Under the pieces are notes generated by a model, which saw only the letters and a program-made list of their open reading frames with translations, was not told the origin of the DNA and ran no database searches. From Phyllosticta citribraziliensis (lineage: Eukaryota): a stretch of DNA of 64,000 nucleotides. A program made the translations under genes and the position numbers. This document shows, one piece after another, positions 60,905-64,000 of the stretch. Positions within the stretch are counted from its first letter, which is position 1. Every line of letters begins with the position of its first letter. The stretch covers positions 310,001-374,000 of the forward strand of contig NW_027117349.1 in assembly GCF_038025025.1 (NCBI RefSeq), read 5' to 3'.

Positions 60905-63900
60905 TGTAACGGAAGCAGCCGGTAACAGAGCGGCTTGGGTTAGGTCTTTCCGTGGCTCAGCGGGTCGGGACCGATATTTTATTCACAGGCTACAGCTCTG
61001 CTCAATTGATGCTGCGAATTACGTTAGTTTTCTTTCGAAGATACGGATTCGTGGGGAGCGAATTGTAAGGGATGTGGATGCTGGCGCGAATTGTTTGCCT
61101 GTGCGAATAAAGATCGAGGTGCAAAATGACTGGTCGAGCAAGCGATTGAGAAGTACTTGTGTAGCCATCATGAAGTGAACATGTGAGACTCACACTTGCA
61201 GGGGCAGATGTGTATTGCCTGTTGGGTGGGTTTATGTATGGAGCCGCACAAGATTCTGTGGTGCTGAGTGGAAAGACGTTGCCGCTTGCTCGAACGAGGC
61301 TTGAGATCAAGAAGATGCGACCAACTCTTCTGCAGCGCAAAAGTCCTCCAGAACTGCAAGTCACCCTTTCGCAACAGCCTGTACGTTCTTAAATCTGTCA
61401 AGCTGAGCGGTGTTTGAAAAGTCTTCGAAGCTCTTTTGGTCTTGCCTGCTGCTGCTCTCTCTCAACCCGATTCCGTCAACACATGACAACAAATTTGAGG
61501 CTCGAGGCTGCGACTGGCTTGCAGTAGGCTTTCAGAAGATGTTCCGTCCAAAATGCTGTCGTCCCAGACGTAGTGAGAGCCAAAGGAGGTGAGGTTGATG
61601 CTAAGCGACAGCGCTACGGAGAGATTCGCGGAGTGGAACCGGGTTGTTCGGCTAGGAGCCCCTGCCGTCCGACCTTGTTTCGACCTCATCCCTTCTCACG
61701 AACGATCGTAAAGCGACCCCCAACGGTGATTTCCATGCTGAGACGCGTCTACTCATCATGATGCCGAATTCCTGAAAGACTTCGATCGTCAGTACCTCGA
61801 CCATGAAGCACGTGCCCTTGAGCCCGCCGTCATACATCCAATCGCGCCTGTACTCGAAGCCAAATCCGCCCTGAGAACGACATTCTTCGCCAAGGGGCCG
61901 TGGGATTCTCAAGGCATCTCAGTTATCGAGACAAACCTGAAAGAGCTTGGATTGGTCGATTGAAAGAGGACCAGTATGGCTGTTCGAAATGTAAGGCGAA
62001 TTTTGGCAATCTTTTACGCACGCCCTGTCGGATTACGGCCGGAAGAGTTGAGCCACAAGATTTGGATCAGTCACTGGAATAACTCGGCAGTCAAAGAGCC
62101 ACATCGAGAGCGGAGAGCGAGCCAACATCCTAATTGCAGTTTTGCGCAGGAAGATATGTCGGGCGTTCCCGGCATGTCCCTCCTCTGCAGTGCAGTGCAC
62201 CGAAACGGCTCTCAACGAAACCACAAGGTTACTGTATCAATCCGCAGCGAACAAATCCTGAACGCTGAAACGTGTCATTGCCGGCGGCTTGAGAGCAGGC
62301 CGGCCTTGCTCTCTAGCCCCGGCACGCCGCGCATTCTTCGGATTCACTCTTGGTACTTCTTTCTCTCGCCTCGCTGGTCGCAAGAGCGCTTGGGATGATG
62401 TTTTCCGGGATCGTCGCGGCCAGTTGGAGTCGAACTCTCCGCATGCACCATCGGTGGTGCCAAAGTACCAGGTGTTGTTCGTTCCACTCCCTCTTCTCGA
62501 AAATGTCAAAGGTTTGAGATCTCATCTCATCATACGTCCTGTCTTCTCTACTTTGGTTCCTCTCTTGGTTTTGCTTCGGCGGTATCTGGCCTCCCCGTCG
62601 TATTTCGCGTTTCCTCCATCAGTCATGAGTCTCGTGCACATAACGTTTCTATCTTTTCTTCAAAGCCTCTCACAGAGCTCGGTATTTGCATATCTTGACT
62701 CCGTGCATGATTGCGAAGATGCTGGGTCTCTCTCCTCGCTACATTCACTTCAACACTTGTGCCTGCACACTGGAAACTGCTGTAGCTCGCCCTCTCCATC
62801 ATCCACTTCAGATATTGTCTCCTACTCCTGGCCCGTGCCTCCTGGTCCGTGCCCCTGACCGCACCACCAGATCATCTTGACAACACGGCCTTTGCTACCC
62901 TACCGTTTTGCCTCCTCTCCTTTCAAACACTTGAATCATCCAAAATCCTCTTCCCTCTGCTTTGTCTTCGCCAAACGCTCTTTCGTTTCTTTGAAGGTTG
63001 GCCTCAGCATGTGGCTCGTGCACACAGGCGCTTGCAAACCCACAACACCATCTGGTCTGCAAGCTAGGTACGGTCGCAATGCTTCAACACCACACCTCCC
63101 TCCCTCTTTTGCGAACTCCCCTGCTACAGCCTCTGCTTGTCCGCTTCATTTGTCCCCTGAATCCATGCCCCTTTCGGTGGCAGTCTCTCACAGACAAAGG
63201 GCGCTGCCGGCGAGACTTTACACATGGCCCTACTCGTCTACCTCTCCCCACGTCCTATTTTTCAAATTCCCTTCCGCCAGGCACCCACTATCGCTAAACG
63301 TCGCTTCCTCCGCCACGCCTGCTATCAGTTTCGCCGGAGTATTGCCGCCATGAAAACGCGTAGTCCTACGCGTCTTCTGGACGCGTCCTCCTCTTACAAC
63401 ACCTCCATCTCATCCTCCTGGCCAACGGCTTCATCATGCTGGTGCCTCTCTACCTCATCATCGACCTGGTAAAGAACCCCTGTTCCTTGTTCCAAAGATC
63501 CACTGCTCCATTTGCAAGACCTGAGAGCTAACGTCTCCTCACGGAAGTCCAGTGCCTGAGCCATGCGCTCACCTACGGTCGCGGAAACACAACCACAGAC
63601 AAGCCAGAGTTGCAGGAATGCTCCGGTCGCAGAAACATGATGGTCGCCAACCTCTACAGGCCCAGAAACACCACAACAGCAGAAGCATCACGGCCACAGG
63701 AACGCGTGGTGTTTCCTTTTTTGCGACCGTACCACTGCGTATCCACCTCCACAAGGCCTCCTTTCCAACCAGATGGCCAACCAGGCATCAGATCACAAGG
63801 CTGGCAGTGTGATCCTCTCCATCGCCCCTGCCCGCTGCCACGTTACAGCCAGAACGTAGGTGAACGTCCGTGGTGGTTGGCGCTCGGACCCCCTGAACCG

Positions 63901-64000
63901 CCGGATTAAGGCCGACACGGGTAAACACCGGACCATAATCCCCCTGAAGATGGTGTTTTGCCTGAGCAAGCCATTTCATTTTGCGGCTATGCCACTGTTT

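Noticed and set aside
62289..63353. ORFs of 189 and 158 aa at the right end
   Set aside because: Non-ATG starts and a composition explained by C/T-rich promoter-like DNA.

Overview
Gene-dense, intron-containing eukaryotic DNA from a filamentous ascomycete (Pezizomycotina, probably a Dothideomycete; inferred from GT-AG introns with CTRAC branch sites and the gene set). It holds about 22 protein-coding genes and 2 intron-containing tRNA genes, in this order: CBF5 3' end, SIS1-type DnaJ, an atypical dynamin-like GTPase, tRNA-Met(CAU), HPP-family protein, STE12/SteA, HeLo-like-N protein, RAI1/DXO, a small conserved protein, GET4, tRNA-Gly(CCC), trehalose synthase (ccg-9-like), TUP1/rco-1, membrane proteins, DUF2423, SIZ1, a PhyH-family dioxygenase, AOS1, a discoidin-like conserved protein, PBN1, SARAF and RMP1. 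I saw no transposon, CRISPR array or biosynthetic cluster, and no clearly new multi-gene system. The best leads are post-transcriptional and regulatory: a structured last intron in TUP1, a long structured intron in AOS1, an intron-retention isoform of the DUF2423 gene, the STE12 cassette exon plus PRE/TCS sites in a large gene-free zone, and a possible fungal APC16-like subunit. All exon boundaries were read by eye and all family calls come from remembered motifs, not database searches.
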